From Thermoplasmatota archaeon (lineage in GTDB: Archaea; Thermoplasmatota; Penumbrarchaeia; Penumbrarchaeales; Penumbrarchaeaceae), in contig JARVGK010000014.1 of assembly GCA_029762535.1 (NCBI GenBank), positions 1-64,000 on the forward strand: 64,000 bases of DNA, given 5' to 3'. Both the position numbers and the translations under genes were made by a program. The notes beneath the pieces were generated by a model. It did no database searches and was not told the origin of the DNA. It worked only from the letters and a program-made list of their open reading frames with translations. Position 1 is the first letter of the stretch. Each line of letters opens with the position of its first letter. Of the stretch, positions 28,576 through 37,798 are shown piece by piece.

Positions 28576-30228
28576 ATGAAACGATTCGTCTCGCTCGATC
28601 TCATGAGGGGATTGGCCATATTCATGATGGTCATCTTCCATATACCCATGAGATGGTATGACAGGAGTTGGATGGACTCGGGAGGCACCGTGGAGATACA
28701 TCCCATACCCTTAGCATTGGCCCTGTCCATACTTTTTTTCGGAGCATGGGCGGGTTTCTTCCTGATGGTGAGCGCAGCGGCGAACACAATATCCATGCAG
28801 CGAAACCTCGAGAAGGGGAAGGGTCCGCTTAAGGTGATGCTCTTTCAAGTGATCGGAGGCCTTCTTCTCCTTGTCATGGCGTTTCTGGTCGAGTCCACCA
28901 TAGGATATCATGGATATCTAGGGGAGCTCGTAAAAGGGAACGATCGTTGGGACATGGTCCTTTGGAGGGGTTTCCACATGGAGACGATACATACGATAGC
29001 CCTATGTATCATCTTGAATGGCATTGTCCATGGAATACTATCAATGAGAGGAGGCCATAAAAAGATGGGGCGAAATATCGCCATCTACGCCATATTGGCC
29101 ATTATTGTTGTAGGACTTACTCCGGCCGTTTATGAGCTTTCGAGAGAGGCCTACACCGGATATCCCTTCAGGGAGTATGGTTCAGAACTCCTGGATCGAG
29201 ATATCTACGTTCAGTATCCGGTCATAGGGGAGACCCCGGCTCCGGAGATAGGCGTCAAATTCATTCTCATGGCTTTGGCGGGACAACCTGAGCCGCTGTT
29301 CCCCTACCTTGCGTTGTCATTCCTCGGAAGCATCGTCGGGATCGTTCTAACATCTGGCGATAAAAGACGGAGATTACCCAGGTACGGGATTTTATCGGGT
29401 TTGTCCATGTTCATCGTTGGCGCGGCGGGATCGGGCTACGATCTGATGACGAACGACAACGCATTTCCGATGCTGGCGGACCATTTCTACGAGATGCCCG
29501 GGCTATATCCGGACCTCTGGTTCTGGTGGTTCATGCTCATATCCGGGAGCTTCATAATGGCGATCATCCTGGTCCTTCGGCTTGTGGAATACAGGGGCAG
29601 GTCCAGGGAGTTCGCGGAAAGGACCCTGTTCCTCAGAAGGTACGGGTTCGTGGCGTTCACGGTATATACATATCAGTTCATCGACGTGCTGCCCAGACTG
29701 GGGCTTGAGGTTATCCCGGTGATCCATGCGCAATACCCATATCCTTCACGTATGACATTCCTTCCGGTCCTTATTTTGGTACCGTTGACCGTAATACTAT
29801 GGGAGTTCGTTCTGAGGACATGGGAAAAGGCGGATTACGTTCTTGGCATGGAATGGATACTATCGAAGGTTTCGGAATACCTCATCCCATCACGCCGGGA
29901 TCGGACCAACGATCGTTCAAAGTGGTGGATGACACCCAGGTTGAATGCCAGGGAATACCTCTATGAACCTCAGTGGATGGATATGATCGATAGAGAGGAG
30001 GTGGACCCTGCCCTGTTAAGGGACTCGAAGCTCGCCTTGATATTATCTATGGCAGGTTTTACATTTCCCCTCCTATCTCCGATCGCCCTTCATCTCTCGA
30101 AAGCCTCATCGACATATGAGGGTTGGAACAAGTTCAATAGGGTAGCTGTCGCCATGAGTATATCATCCATACTTATTTGGATGGCCGTTTTGATCATTCT
30201 TCTATACGCACCCCCGGTCGTTATTTGA
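28576..30228 (+). CDS. Polytopic membrane protein, HGSNAT/DUF1624-like, paralog 2
   Basis: MKRFVSLDLMRGLAIFMMVIFH. Shares RGFH, QYP, GQ.EPLFP, EYRG.S and RDSKLA with 25238-26899. Confidence 0.75.
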   Translation: MKRFVSLDLMRGLAIFMMVIFHIPMRWYDRSWMDSGGTVEIHPIPLALALSILFFGAWAGFFLMVSAAANTISMQRNLEKGKGPLKVMLFQVIGGLLLLVMAFLVESTIGYHGYLGELVKGNDRWDMVLWRGFHMETIHTIALCIILNGIVHGILSMRGGHKKMGRNIAIYAILAIIVVGLTPAVYELSREAYTGYPFREYGSELLDRDIYVQYPVIGETPAPEIGVKFILMALAGQPEPLFPYLALSFLGSIVGIVLTSGDKRRRLPRYGILSGLSMFIVGAAGSGYDLMTNDNAFPMLADHFYEMPGLYPDLWFWWFMLISGSFIMAIILVLRLVEYRGRSREFAERTLFLRRYGFVAFTVYTYQFIDVLPRLGLEVIPVIHAQYPYPSRMTFLPVLILVPLTVILWEFVLRTWEKADYVLGMEWILSKVSEYLIPSRRDRTNDRSKWWMTPRLNAREYLYEPQWMDMIDREEVDPALLRDSKLALILSMAGFTFPLLSPIALHLSKASSTYEGWNKFNRVAVAMSISSILIWMAVLIILLYAPPVVI

Positions 30229-30255
30229 ACAATAAAAATGGTATCTTCGGATCCT

Positions 30256-30666
30256 CTATCCGTCCACCAGCCTCACATGCTGGATGACGTCGATCCCCCA
30301 GAGGTCCTCATCATCGGATACGATCCTCGGATAACCGTTGTTGACGGCTGCTGAGATATGGATCGCATCCCTCGGGGCTATCTTGGGGTGTCCTCTCATA
30401 ATATCGATAGCATAAGAGACATCCTTCCTCTTGACATCATGGATCCTGAGATTGGGAAACTCCATTATATTTGCGGCCAATTCCAAGGCCTCCTCTCTAG
30501 ATGCCCTCCTCGATACCACCCATATCACTTCGTCCATGGTGAGGGCACAGGTACCGGCCTGAATGTCGCCGGAGATCGCGTTCTCTATGTATTTTATCGC
30601 TGCCTCGGCCTTTTCGCCAGTGTAAAGGGCGGGCAATATGAAGACGTTGCTGTCAAGATAGTACAT
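30256..30666 (-). CDS. vapC: PIN-domain VapC-family toxin
   Basis: YLDSNVF, DEV.W, PRDAIH, IVSDDED. Confidence 0.9.
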   Translation of the reverse strand: MYYLDSNVFILPALYTGEKAEAAIKYIENAISGDIQAGTCALTMDEVIWVVSRRASREEALELAANIMEFPNLRIHDVKRKDVSYAIDIMRGHPKIAPRDAIHISAAVNNGYPRIVSDDEDLWGIDVIQHVRLVDG

Positions 30667-30669
30667 GGC

Positions 30670-30915
30670 TCATCCCCCAAACTGTGAGGCGTATTCCCGG
30701 TCCCAATCTATCCTACCATCGAGTCTCTTCTTCTCCTTTACGACCGAGAGGTATTCCTCGACGATCTCCTCGGGGGTTCTCTGCTCTATTACGATCCTGT
30801 TCTCCTCGACGAGGAAGAACAGCTCGTCGTTGGGCTGTATCTTAAGCATGTCACGAATCGGTTTGGGGATAACAACCTGTCCGCGTTCTCCTACCTTTGA
30901 ATGCAGCGTTATCAT
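30670..30915 (-). CDS. AbrB/MazE/SpoVT-family antitoxin
   Basis: KVGERGQVVIPKPIRDMLKI. Lies directly upstream of the PIN gene. Confidence 0.9.
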   Translation of the reverse strand: MITLHSKVGERGQVVIPKPIRDMLKIQPNDELFFLVEENRIVIEQRTPEEIVEEYLSVVKEKKRLDGRIDWDREYASQFGG

Positions 30916-30916
30916 T

Positions 30917-30944
30917 CATATCACTATGTATGATATGATCATAC
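30917..30944. promoter_or_regulatory. Overlapping inverted repeats, putative TA autoregulatory operator
   Basis: CATATCA-N7-TGATATG (30917-30937) and GTATGAT-N3-ATCATAC (30928-30944), immediately upstream of the antitoxin start. Confidence 0.55.
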
Positions 30945-30992
30945 TATGTAATATGTTTTTCGTCAGTTAGAACCTTGGAAGAAAGGTCCCCC

Positions 30993-31862
30993 TCAGATCT
31001 TGCCCTGGGATCGCAGGGAGTCGAACAGCTGGGTGACCCTTGGTCTCAGAACCGGATCCGAGAGCGCCATCAAAAGGTTGGCCTTCAGCCAGTCCTCTAT
31101 CGATCCGATATCCACCCTCGTCCCCTTGATGATGAGGCCGTACAGTCCCTTCGTCCCTATGTAATTGGCAAGGGAATCGGTGAGCTGCAGCTCACCTCCC
31201 GATCCCCGGGGCGAACTCCTGAGCCATGGGAATATGTCGCTGTCGATGATGTACCTCCCCATTATAGCAAGATGGGAGGGGGCTTCCTCCCTCCTCGGCT
31301 TCTCGACGACCCCCTTCAATTTGAACAATCCGCCCCCGAGATCCTCCCCCGGGTCAACGATCCCGTACCTCTCCACGTGGTCGGGAGAGACCTCCTCCAG
31401 GGCTATCACGGGCGCGTTCACCCTCAGGTGCGCCTCCCACAGCTGCTTGATCGCGGGGACATCCGAGGATATGATGTCATCCCCCAAAAGCACGGCGAAG
31501 GGCTGGGAATCCACGTAGTTCGCCGCGCACAGCACGGCATCCCCCAATCCCCGCTGCTCCCTCTGCCTGAGATAGAAGATCTCGGCAAGGTCCTCAATCT
31601 TGCGGATCTCCTTCAAAGCATCCGTCTTTCCCTTGGCCTCGAGCATACGCTCGAGCTCCAGGTTCCGGTCGAAATGGTCCTCCATGGTCTTCTTGCTCCT
31701 GGAGGTGATTATCAGGATCTGCTCGAACCCGGATACGGAGGCCTCCTCGACGACGTACTGGATCGCCGGCTTGTTCAGGACCGGGAGCATCTCCTTCGGC
31801 TGGGATTTGGTGATCGGAAGAAGCCTGGTCCCCAATCCCGCCGCTGGTATTATCGCTTTCAT
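30993..31862 (-). CDS. galU: UTP-glucose-1-phosphate uridylyltransferase
   Basis: MKAIIPAAGLGTRLLPITKSQPKEMLP, GLGDAV, VEKP, GELQLTD. Confidence 0.95.
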   Translation of the reverse strand: MKAIIPAAGLGTRLLPITKSQPKEMLPVLNKPAIQYVVEEASVSGFEQILIITSRSKKTMEDHFDRNLELERMLEAKGKTDALKEIRKIEDLAEIFYLRQREQRGLGDAVLCAANYVDSQPFAVLLGDDIISSDVPAIKQLWEAHLRVNAPVIALEEVSPDHVERYGIVDPGEDLGGGLFKLKGVVEKPRREEAPSHLAIMGRYIIDSDIFPWLRSSPRGSGGELQLTDSLANYIGTKGLYGLIIKGTRVDIGSIEDWLKANLLMALSDPVLRPRVTQLFDSLRSQGKI

Positions 31863-31961
31863 ATGATGCCTCGAAACCCCAAGGCGAAGAAGATATTTAA
31901 GGTTCATCGGGCCGAGAAGTTTTTTAAACTAGAATGCCCCTCTCCGGATTCGGGTGTCAGC

Positions 31962-32360
31962 ATGCCGGAGGAAAAGAAAAAGGTGGACCACTTCCCGGAC
32001 TTCAACTACAGGTTCTTTCAAATAACCCACAGCGAGAGCTCGATGGAAGGCATACAAGGCCCGGTGTACACACCGTCGAAAGAGGTTCTGGACCTGGGAG
32101 ACACCCCCGTCATAGAGATCGTCGAATCCGCCCCCGTCTTCCACGACGGCGAGGCGAAGGTGTACGATCTCGAGACCAAGGAGTTCGACATGGGTATATC
32201 CTCCGATGAAATGGAGGTGTGGGACCCCGAAAAGAAGGAGGAGAAGGTCCTCGGATACATTCCATGCCCGAAATGCGGCGACAACATACCCGTAACATCC
32301 GACAAGAGGCCCTATTCCTTCAAATGCCCTGGCTGCGGGAAGAAGGGCAAGCTTCAGTGA
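31962..32360 (+). CDS. Acidic hypothetical protein with C-terminal Zn ribbon
   Basis: Real 3' part of track ORF 30975-32360. Contains CPKCG-x16-CPGCG. Confidence 0.7.
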   Translation: MPEEKKKVDHFPDFNYRFFQITHSESSMEGIQGPVYTPSKEVLDLGDTPVIEIVESAPVFHDGEAKVYDLETKEFDMGISSDEMEVWDPEKKEEKVLGYIPCPKCGDNIPVTSDKRPYSFKCPGCGKKGKLQ

Positions 32361-32378
32361 CGCCTTGGAGGCCCTGAA

Positions 32379-33389
32379 TTGAGAGAGCTTCATGACGCCC
32401 TACTCTGGGAAAGGATATCCGGCAGCGCGGCAAGATGCCTGCTGTGCCCGCACGGATGCAGGATAGACGAGGGCAGCTCGGGCATCTGCGGCGTCAGAAG
32501 GAACGTCGATGGAAGCCTCAACGCGACCGGATACGGGATATATCCAGCGGTCCACATCGATCCGATAGAGAAGAAGCCGCTGAACCACTTCCTGCCGGGG
32601 TCGAGCGTCCTATCCCTTGGATCGGTGGGATGCAACCTAACCTGCAAGATGTGCCAGAACTGGACCCTGGCCCGGGCATCGCCGGGCGGATCCGAACCCA
32701 TCTCTCCTCACGACGTACTTGACATGGCCCTCTCCTACGACTCCGCTTCCGTGGCCTTCACCTACAACGAGCCGACGGTCAATTACGAGTTCCTGATGGA
32801 TTGCGCGCCGCTCCTTAGAAGGAACGGGATCAAGGTCGTCCTCGTCACCAACGGCCATCTGAACACGGGTCCCTGGGCCGAGCTGATGCGGCATACGGAT
32901 GCGGCCAACATCGATGTGAAGGCATTCACACAAAGATTCTACTCCGAGATCGCCGGAGGACATCTCGGCCCCGTCCTGGAGAACGCATCCGCTTCATATC
33001 GAAGCGGTGTACACGTTGAATTGACCTATCTGGTCATCCCCGATCATAACGATGATGAAAAGGAGCTCGCCCGCTTCTCGGAATGGGTCGCAAATGAGCT
33101 CTCGGCGGAGGTCCCCGTCCATTTCAACAGGTTCCACCCGGACCATCAGATGATAGAGGTCCCGCCCACCCCGGTCAAGACCCTGGAGATGGCCAGGGAG
33201 ATCGCCCGGAACGCGGGACTGAAGAACATATACGTTGGCAACGCTCGAGGCAAGGGTTATAACGACACCTTCTGCCCGTCATGCTCAGCGCTGCTGGTAA
33301 GAAGGCAGGGCTATTCCGTCGATGTCAAGGGGATCGACAATGGATCGTGCTCCGGATGCAAAAGGGAGATATACGGGGTCTGGTTCTAA
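32379..33389 (+). CDS. amrS: AmmeMemoRadiSam system radical SAM enzyme
   Basis: CLLCPHGC...G.CGVR, DPIEKKPL.HF.PG, GCNLTCKMCQNW, FTYNEP, C-terminal CPSC..LL.R. Confidence 0.93.
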   Translation: MRELHDALLWERISGSAARCLLCPHGCRIDEGSSGICGVRRNVDGSLNATGYGIYPAVHIDPIEKKPLNHFLPGSSVLSLGSVGCNLTCKMCQNWTLARASPGGSEPISPHDVLDMALSYDSASVAFTYNEPTVNYEFLMDCAPLLRRNGIKVVLVTNGHLNTGPWAELMRHTDAANIDVKAFTQRFYSEIAGGHLGPVLENASASYRSGVHVELTYLVIPDHNDDEKELARFSEWVANELSAEVPVHFNRFHPDHQMIEVPPTPVKTLEMAREIARNAGLKNIYVGNARGKGYNDTFCPSCSALLVRRQGYSVDVKGIDNGSCSGCKREIYGVWF

Positions 33390-33397
33390 CGGAGCGG

Positions 33398-34336
33398 ATG
33401 TCCCTGATATTGATAAGGTATGCCGAGATCGGATTGAAGTCAGAACCGGTTCGCAGGCGATTCCTGGCCAGGCTCGTCCGTGATATTTCGGAAAGACTGG
33501 AAGCGGCCGGGATCGACCATCTCATCGAATCCGAGAGAGGGAGGATATTCCTCGAATGCTCGGACACCGGGGCGGCATCGGCGGTGCTGAGGACGATCAA
33601 CGGCTTGGCCTCCTTCAGCCCGGTCATCTCATGCTCTTCCAAGTATAATGATATCATGGAATGCCTCAATGAGTTCGGGAAGCAGAGGCTCCGGGCCGGG
33701 ATGTCCTACGGGCTGAAGGTGAGGCGGGTCGGGACCCATCCTTATACCAGCAGGGATATCGCGATAAACGGGGGAGGTGCCGTGATCTCGCATCTGGCAG
33801 AGGGGGAGAACAGGGTCGATCTAAAGGACCCCGACCTCTGGGTATTCGTCGAGATCAGGGAGAACATGGCCTACGTCTTCAGCGAGGTCCTTAGAGGGTT
33901 GGGTGGCATGCCTTCCGGGACGCAGGGGCGTGTCCTCCTCTATCTGCCTCCCGATCCCTCAAAACCGATGCGAAAGAGGGCCATCCTCTCGAGAACGCTT
34001 CTCGAGAGAAGGGGCTGCACCGTGGTCCCGGTCGCCCGCGGGGAGGATATCGAAGAATGGAAGGGCGAACCGGGGCCGGGACAGGACGTCAGGGCACTGT
34101 ACCCGATAGGGATCGGGGACGCCCTTGCCGCCGCCCTTAAGGAACACAGGGCTCTCGGCGTGGCATATCCATACGATTTGCCGGACGTGAAAGGGGCGCA
34201 CGGGTCCCACCCCCGCTCTATTCCAGCCGTCGAATTGTATCCCACATCCGGCCTGGAGGATGATGATGTCGATGCCTGCATCGACAGGTTCTCCGGAGGA
34301 GAGGGAAGCGAAAAGGTTAATAAACTACTTATATAG
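33398..34336 (+). CDS. THUMP-domain protein, ThiI-like N-terminus with degenerate catalytic domain
   Basis: LIRYAEIGLKS, RGRIF, VRRVG.H.YTS, VDLKDPD, GLGGMPSGTQGR. The SGGxDS PP-loop is absent. Confidence 0.8.
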   Translation: MSLILIRYAEIGLKSEPVRRRFLARLVRDISERLEAAGIDHLIESERGRIFLECSDTGAASAVLRTINGLASFSPVISCSSKYNDIMECLNEFGKQRLRAGMSYGLKVRRVGTHPYTSRDIAINGGGAVISHLAEGENRVDLKDPDLWVFVEIRENMAYVFSEVLRGLGGMPSGTQGRVLLYLPPDPSKPMRKRAILSRTLLERRGCTVVPVARGEDIEEWKGEPGPGQDVRALYPIGIGDALAAALKEHRALGVAYPYDLPDVKGAHGSHPRSIPAVELYPTSGLEDDDVDACIDRFSGGEGSEKVNKLLI

Positions 34337-34410
34337 TCATGGGCTTTGAGGCTTCTCCAACAAGCCTAAGATCGGTATGATATTTGGGTCCGAAAATAGG
34401 AGGAAATACT

Positions 34411-34953
34411 ATGGAGATAAAGGTAGAGAACGTAGTCGCATCGGCATCCGCCGGAGTCCCGCTTGACCTGCAGAAGATATCCATGACGCTAGAGGACGCC
34501 GAGTACGTCCCGGAGAAGTTCCCCGGACTGATTTACAGGCTGAAGGAGCCAAAGACCGCGCTCCTTCTATTCTCGAGCGGAAAGCTGGTCTGCACGGGGG
34601 CCAAGAGCGTGGAGATGGCCCACAACGTGGTCAAGATAGTCCTTGCGAAGATCAAGGACATAGGGATAAACGTCATGGACGATCCCGAGATAAAGATCCA
34701 GAACATAGTCGCCACAACGGACCTGAAGAAAGAGCTCAATCTCAACTCCATAGCGATATCGCTGGGCCTCGAGAAGGTGGAATACGAGCCGGAACAGTTC
34801 CCCGGGCTCGTCTACCGCGTGGAGTATCCCAGGGTCGTGGCTTTGTTATTCGGCTCAGGAAAGATCGTCTGCACCGGGGCCAGGGAGATCAAGGACATAG
34901 ATATCGCCCTGCAGGAGATCGTCAACGAGCTCTCCGATGCGGACCTCATCTGA
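34411..34953 (+). CDS. tbp: TATA-box binding protein
   Basis: Two repeats of ENVVAS/QNIVAT, Y.PE.FPGL.YR and LLF.SGK.VCTGA. AGGAGG RBS. Confidence 0.97.
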   Translation: MEIKVENVVASASAGVPLDLQKISMTLEDAEYVPEKFPGLIYRLKEPKTALLLFSSGKLVCTGAKSVEMAHNVVKIVLAKIKDIGINVMDDPEIKIQNIVATTDLKKELNLNSIAISLGLEKVEYEPEQFPGLVYRVEYPRVVALLFGSGKIVCTGAREIKDIDIALQEIVNELSDADLI

Positions 34954-34980
34954 GGTAGGACCGATCGAAAGGTGAGGCGT

Positions 34981-35799
34981 ATGGGGATCTTCGACAGATT
35001 GCTCGGAAGAGGGACCGACACGGGCCGCAGGTCCGCGAGGGAAGAGTATTATCCTCCGGAGGACGAACCCCTCGAGGTCATCGTGGACCATGAGTTCTTC
35101 TACCCGGCGGATCCCGATGATCCCAGGACCGTTACGGGAATGGGATACAGGGTGAGGATCGAGAACGGCAGCGATTATCCAATGGGAGCCCCCAGGATAG
35201 AGTTCGAAAAGAGGACGAAGCTGGGTCGATTCGGGGAGCCGGACGATCCTAAAGGGATGGTGGATCCCGGAAAGAGCATGGAGATAACCACCCCGTTCAG
35301 GCCTTCGTACGCCGGCGGAAAGGAGGCGTTCGCCTTCAGGATATCCTTCTTCGATTTTCGGCACAGGTCCGAAGAGCAGATCGATATGAAGTCCGAGCCC
35401 CTCAAGGTCCTGGTTCCCAGGTTCAAACCGCTGAAAAAGGACGAGGACGGCTACAGGCTCCTCACCTCCAACCTCTACAGATGGGTCCTCGAGACGGATG
35501 TCATGGAGCTGCCTCCGAAAAAGCTGTTCGGATCGCTCACGGAGCAGATAGAGACGCTGGGGTTCGAGAAGGCGAACGAGCTGCTCAACGAGAACCTGTT
35601 CAGGGGGATACGCCAGTTCTGCGCCTCGGACGAGAAGGGCCGCAAATGGGCCGCACAGGTCCAGATCATAGGCAAGGGAAAACAGTCCAAGCTCCTGCTC
35701 TACACCTTCGGGGAAAGGCCGCAGCAGGCCTACAACCTTGCGACGAGGATATTGCTGAAGCTTCCCGAGAGGGAGCAGGTAATCAAGGCACAGCTGTGA
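34981..35799 (+). CDS. Hypothetical protein (Ig-like plus alpha/beta domain)
   Basis: Long ORF with host codon bias, GGTGAGG RBS, 27 nt after tbp. Confidence 0.7.
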   Translation: MGIFDRLLGRGTDTGRRSAREEYYPPEDEPLEVIVDHEFFYPADPDDPRTVTGMGYRVRIENGSDYPMGAPRIEFEKRTKLGRFGEPDDPKGMVDPGKSMEITTPFRPSYAGGKEAFAFRISFFDFRHRSEEQIDMKSEPLKVLVPRFKPLKKDEDGYRLLTSNLYRWVLETDVMELPPKKLFGSLTEQIETLGFEKANELLNENLFRGIRQFCASDEKGRKWAAQVQIIGKGKQSKLLLYTFGERPQQAYNLATRILLKLPEREQVIKAQL

Positions 35800-35902
35800 A
35801 TCGTGCATGTTAGAAGAGGGTTTGGATGGACAAGATAATATACAAAAAAAGGGTTTCAAGCAATACTCGGAAGACTAAGTTTAGCATAGTGGAGGTCGGA
35901 TA

Positions 35903-36853
35903 ATGTCACCATCATTCTTCAAGAAGTCCGGAGCAGCGGCAATTTACCTGAAGTCCGCCAGCAAGAACGCCATCAACGTCTACATCAAACAGCTCGCATC
36001 ATCCGGTTATACCAATTGGGGGACGCCAATCGAGTTCAGGGCCGCCCTCCCCGTGGAGACGTTGAGGGAGTCCGCCAGGCAGTATGCGGCCCAGAACGGC
36101 TGCTCTCTCATCGTCGAGGTCCAGGACCCGAACCCGATGAGCAACCCCTACAATCCTTACAAGTACTACCTCTTTCAGTATACCGGTGGTGCCTACAACC
36201 CTCCGGAGCCTCCGAACCCGACGGCCGTGCAGCAGGTGCAGCAGCAGGCACCGCAGAGGCAGTTCGCGGAGTTCATATGCCCGTACTGCAAATCCAAGTT
36301 CCAGACGTACGTCAACCCCGGAAGGAACCTCCTGACCTGCCCCAGATGCAAGGGCCAGAGCCAGGTGGACATCCCCGCTCCCGAGTCGGTATCCAACCTG
36401 GACCAGGGCTCATCGTACAGGGCCGATATATCCCATATAAAGCTGGTCGGTAAGTATCAGACCCCGGAGGAGATGATAATCGACTGCCTGGAGGTCCTTG
36501 GGAAGATCCTGATGGTGGAGGGGAACCCGCTGGAATTCTCCGATACGGGCGAGTTCCTGTACCCTTTCATAAAGATGAAGACGCATGCTTACGAGCACGT
36601 CGGCTTCAGGAAGATGGACATGATACTGATGAAGGAGGCCGTTCACGATTATCGTATGATAGGATCGGAGCAGCACTCCCAATCCCAGGCCAACGTCAAT
36701 CCCCACAAGGACGAGCTGTTCTCCCTCAAGTTGCTCGGAGGGGTCAACTTCCTGGTCCTTGAGGAGTTCAAGGCCCTTGAGGACTCCCAGAAGACGGCCA
36801 TAAGGAACGCCCTGTATCTCTTCCTCAAGAACTACGTCGGATCGACGAACTGA
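35903..36853 (+). CDS. Hypothetical protein with central Zn ribbon and P/Q-rich linker
   Basis: GGAGG RBS, CPYC-x16-CPRC. Confidence 0.75.
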   Translation: MSPSFFKKSGAAAIYLKSASKNAINVYIKQLASSGYTNWGTPIEFRAALPVETLRESARQYAAQNGCSLIVEVQDPNPMSNPYNPYKYYLFQYTGGAYNPPEPPNPTAVQQVQQQAPQRQFAEFICPYCKSKFQTYVNPGRNLLTCPRCKGQSQVDIPAPESVSNLDQGSSYRADISHIKLVGKYQTPEEMIIDCLEVLGKILMVEGNPLEFSDTGEFLYPFIKMKTHAYEHVGFRKMDMILMKEAVHDYRMIGSEQHSQSQANVNPHKDELFSLKLLGGVNFLVLEEFKALEDSQKTAIRNALYLFLKNYVGSTN

Positions 36854-36890
36854 ACGTGGTTTTAATAAGGCCCGTGAACTTTACCCCCGC

Positions 36891-37775
36891 ATGCGTATTT
36901 TGAGCGGGAAGGAGGTCGCCGAGAGGATAGAGGCGGAGATCTCCAGAATGGGCCCCCCACCTCCTGTTCTGGCGATATACTCCATAGGCGACGATCCCGC
37001 ATCCGCCATTTACGTGCGCTCCAAGGTCCGCAAGGGCGGATCGCTGGGTGCCGAGGTCCTTCTCAGGTCCTTCCCTGCGGATGCCGGAGCAGGATCCGTT
37101 CTATCATCGATATCGAAAGACTCCGAGGACCCCGCCATAGACGGGATCGTGATAGAGAGGCCCCTGCCCCCCCACATGGATGTTGATGAGATGTACGATA
37201 TTATCGATCCGCTAAAGGACCTGGAGGCCCAGCATCCAGAGAACATCGGCCTTCTGGCAAGGGGGAGGCCCAGGTTCGTTCCGCCCACCCCTTTGGGGGC
37301 GATACTCCTTATGCTCCATTACGGCATAGATCCCCGGGGCGGGAACGTAGCGGTCCTGGGGCGCAGCCTTACGGTCGGCACCCCGTTAGCCATCATGTTG
37401 TCCAGAAAGGCGAATTGGGGGGACGCTACGGTCTCTTTGATACATTCGCGCTCGAGAGATATGGGCTGCATGCTCAAAGACGCTGATATCGTCATATCGG
37501 CGGTTGGAAGGCCGCGTTCGATCAAAGGCGAGATGCTGAAACCCGGCGCCCATGTCGTAGATGTCGGGATCAGCATCGACGCTTCCGGGGAACTGTCGGG
37601 GGATGCCGACCTCGCCAGCATGGAGGGGGTCGCCGCCTCCGCCACTCCCACTCCAGGCGGGACGGGGACAGTGACGGTCTCTTGCATGTTCCTGAACCTC
37701 TTCAGGGCCCGAGGTCTTAGGAAGGGAACATTATCCGAGCATGAGGATGACATCATAAGGATGATATATGGATAG
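36891..37775 (+). CDS. folD: Methylenetetrahydrofolate dehydrogenase/cyclohydrolase
   Basis: DDPASAIYVRSK, IDP.KD.E, VLGRS..VG.P, ADIVISAVG, VDVGI, TP.PGG.G.VTV. Confidence 0.93.
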   Translation: MRILSGKEVAERIEAEISRMGPPPPVLAIYSIGDDPASAIYVRSKVRKGGSLGAEVLLRSFPADAGAGSVLSSISKDSEDPAIDGIVIERPLPPHMDVDEMYDIIDPLKDLEAQHPENIGLLARGRPRFVPPTPLGAILLMLHYGIDPRGGNVAVLGRSLTVGTPLAIMLSRKANWGDATVSLIHSRSRDMGCMLKDADIVISAVGRPRSIKGEMLKPGAHVVDVGISIDASGELSGDADLASMEGVAASATPTPGGTGTVTVSCMFLNLFRARGLRKGTLSEHEDDIIRMIYG

Positions 37776-37798
37776 ATCGAATTGAGAAGGGGTTGAAA

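Noticed and set aside
30975-31961. 5' part of the 461-aa plus-strand ORF
   Set aside because: Antisense shadow of galU. Only 31962-32360 looks coding.
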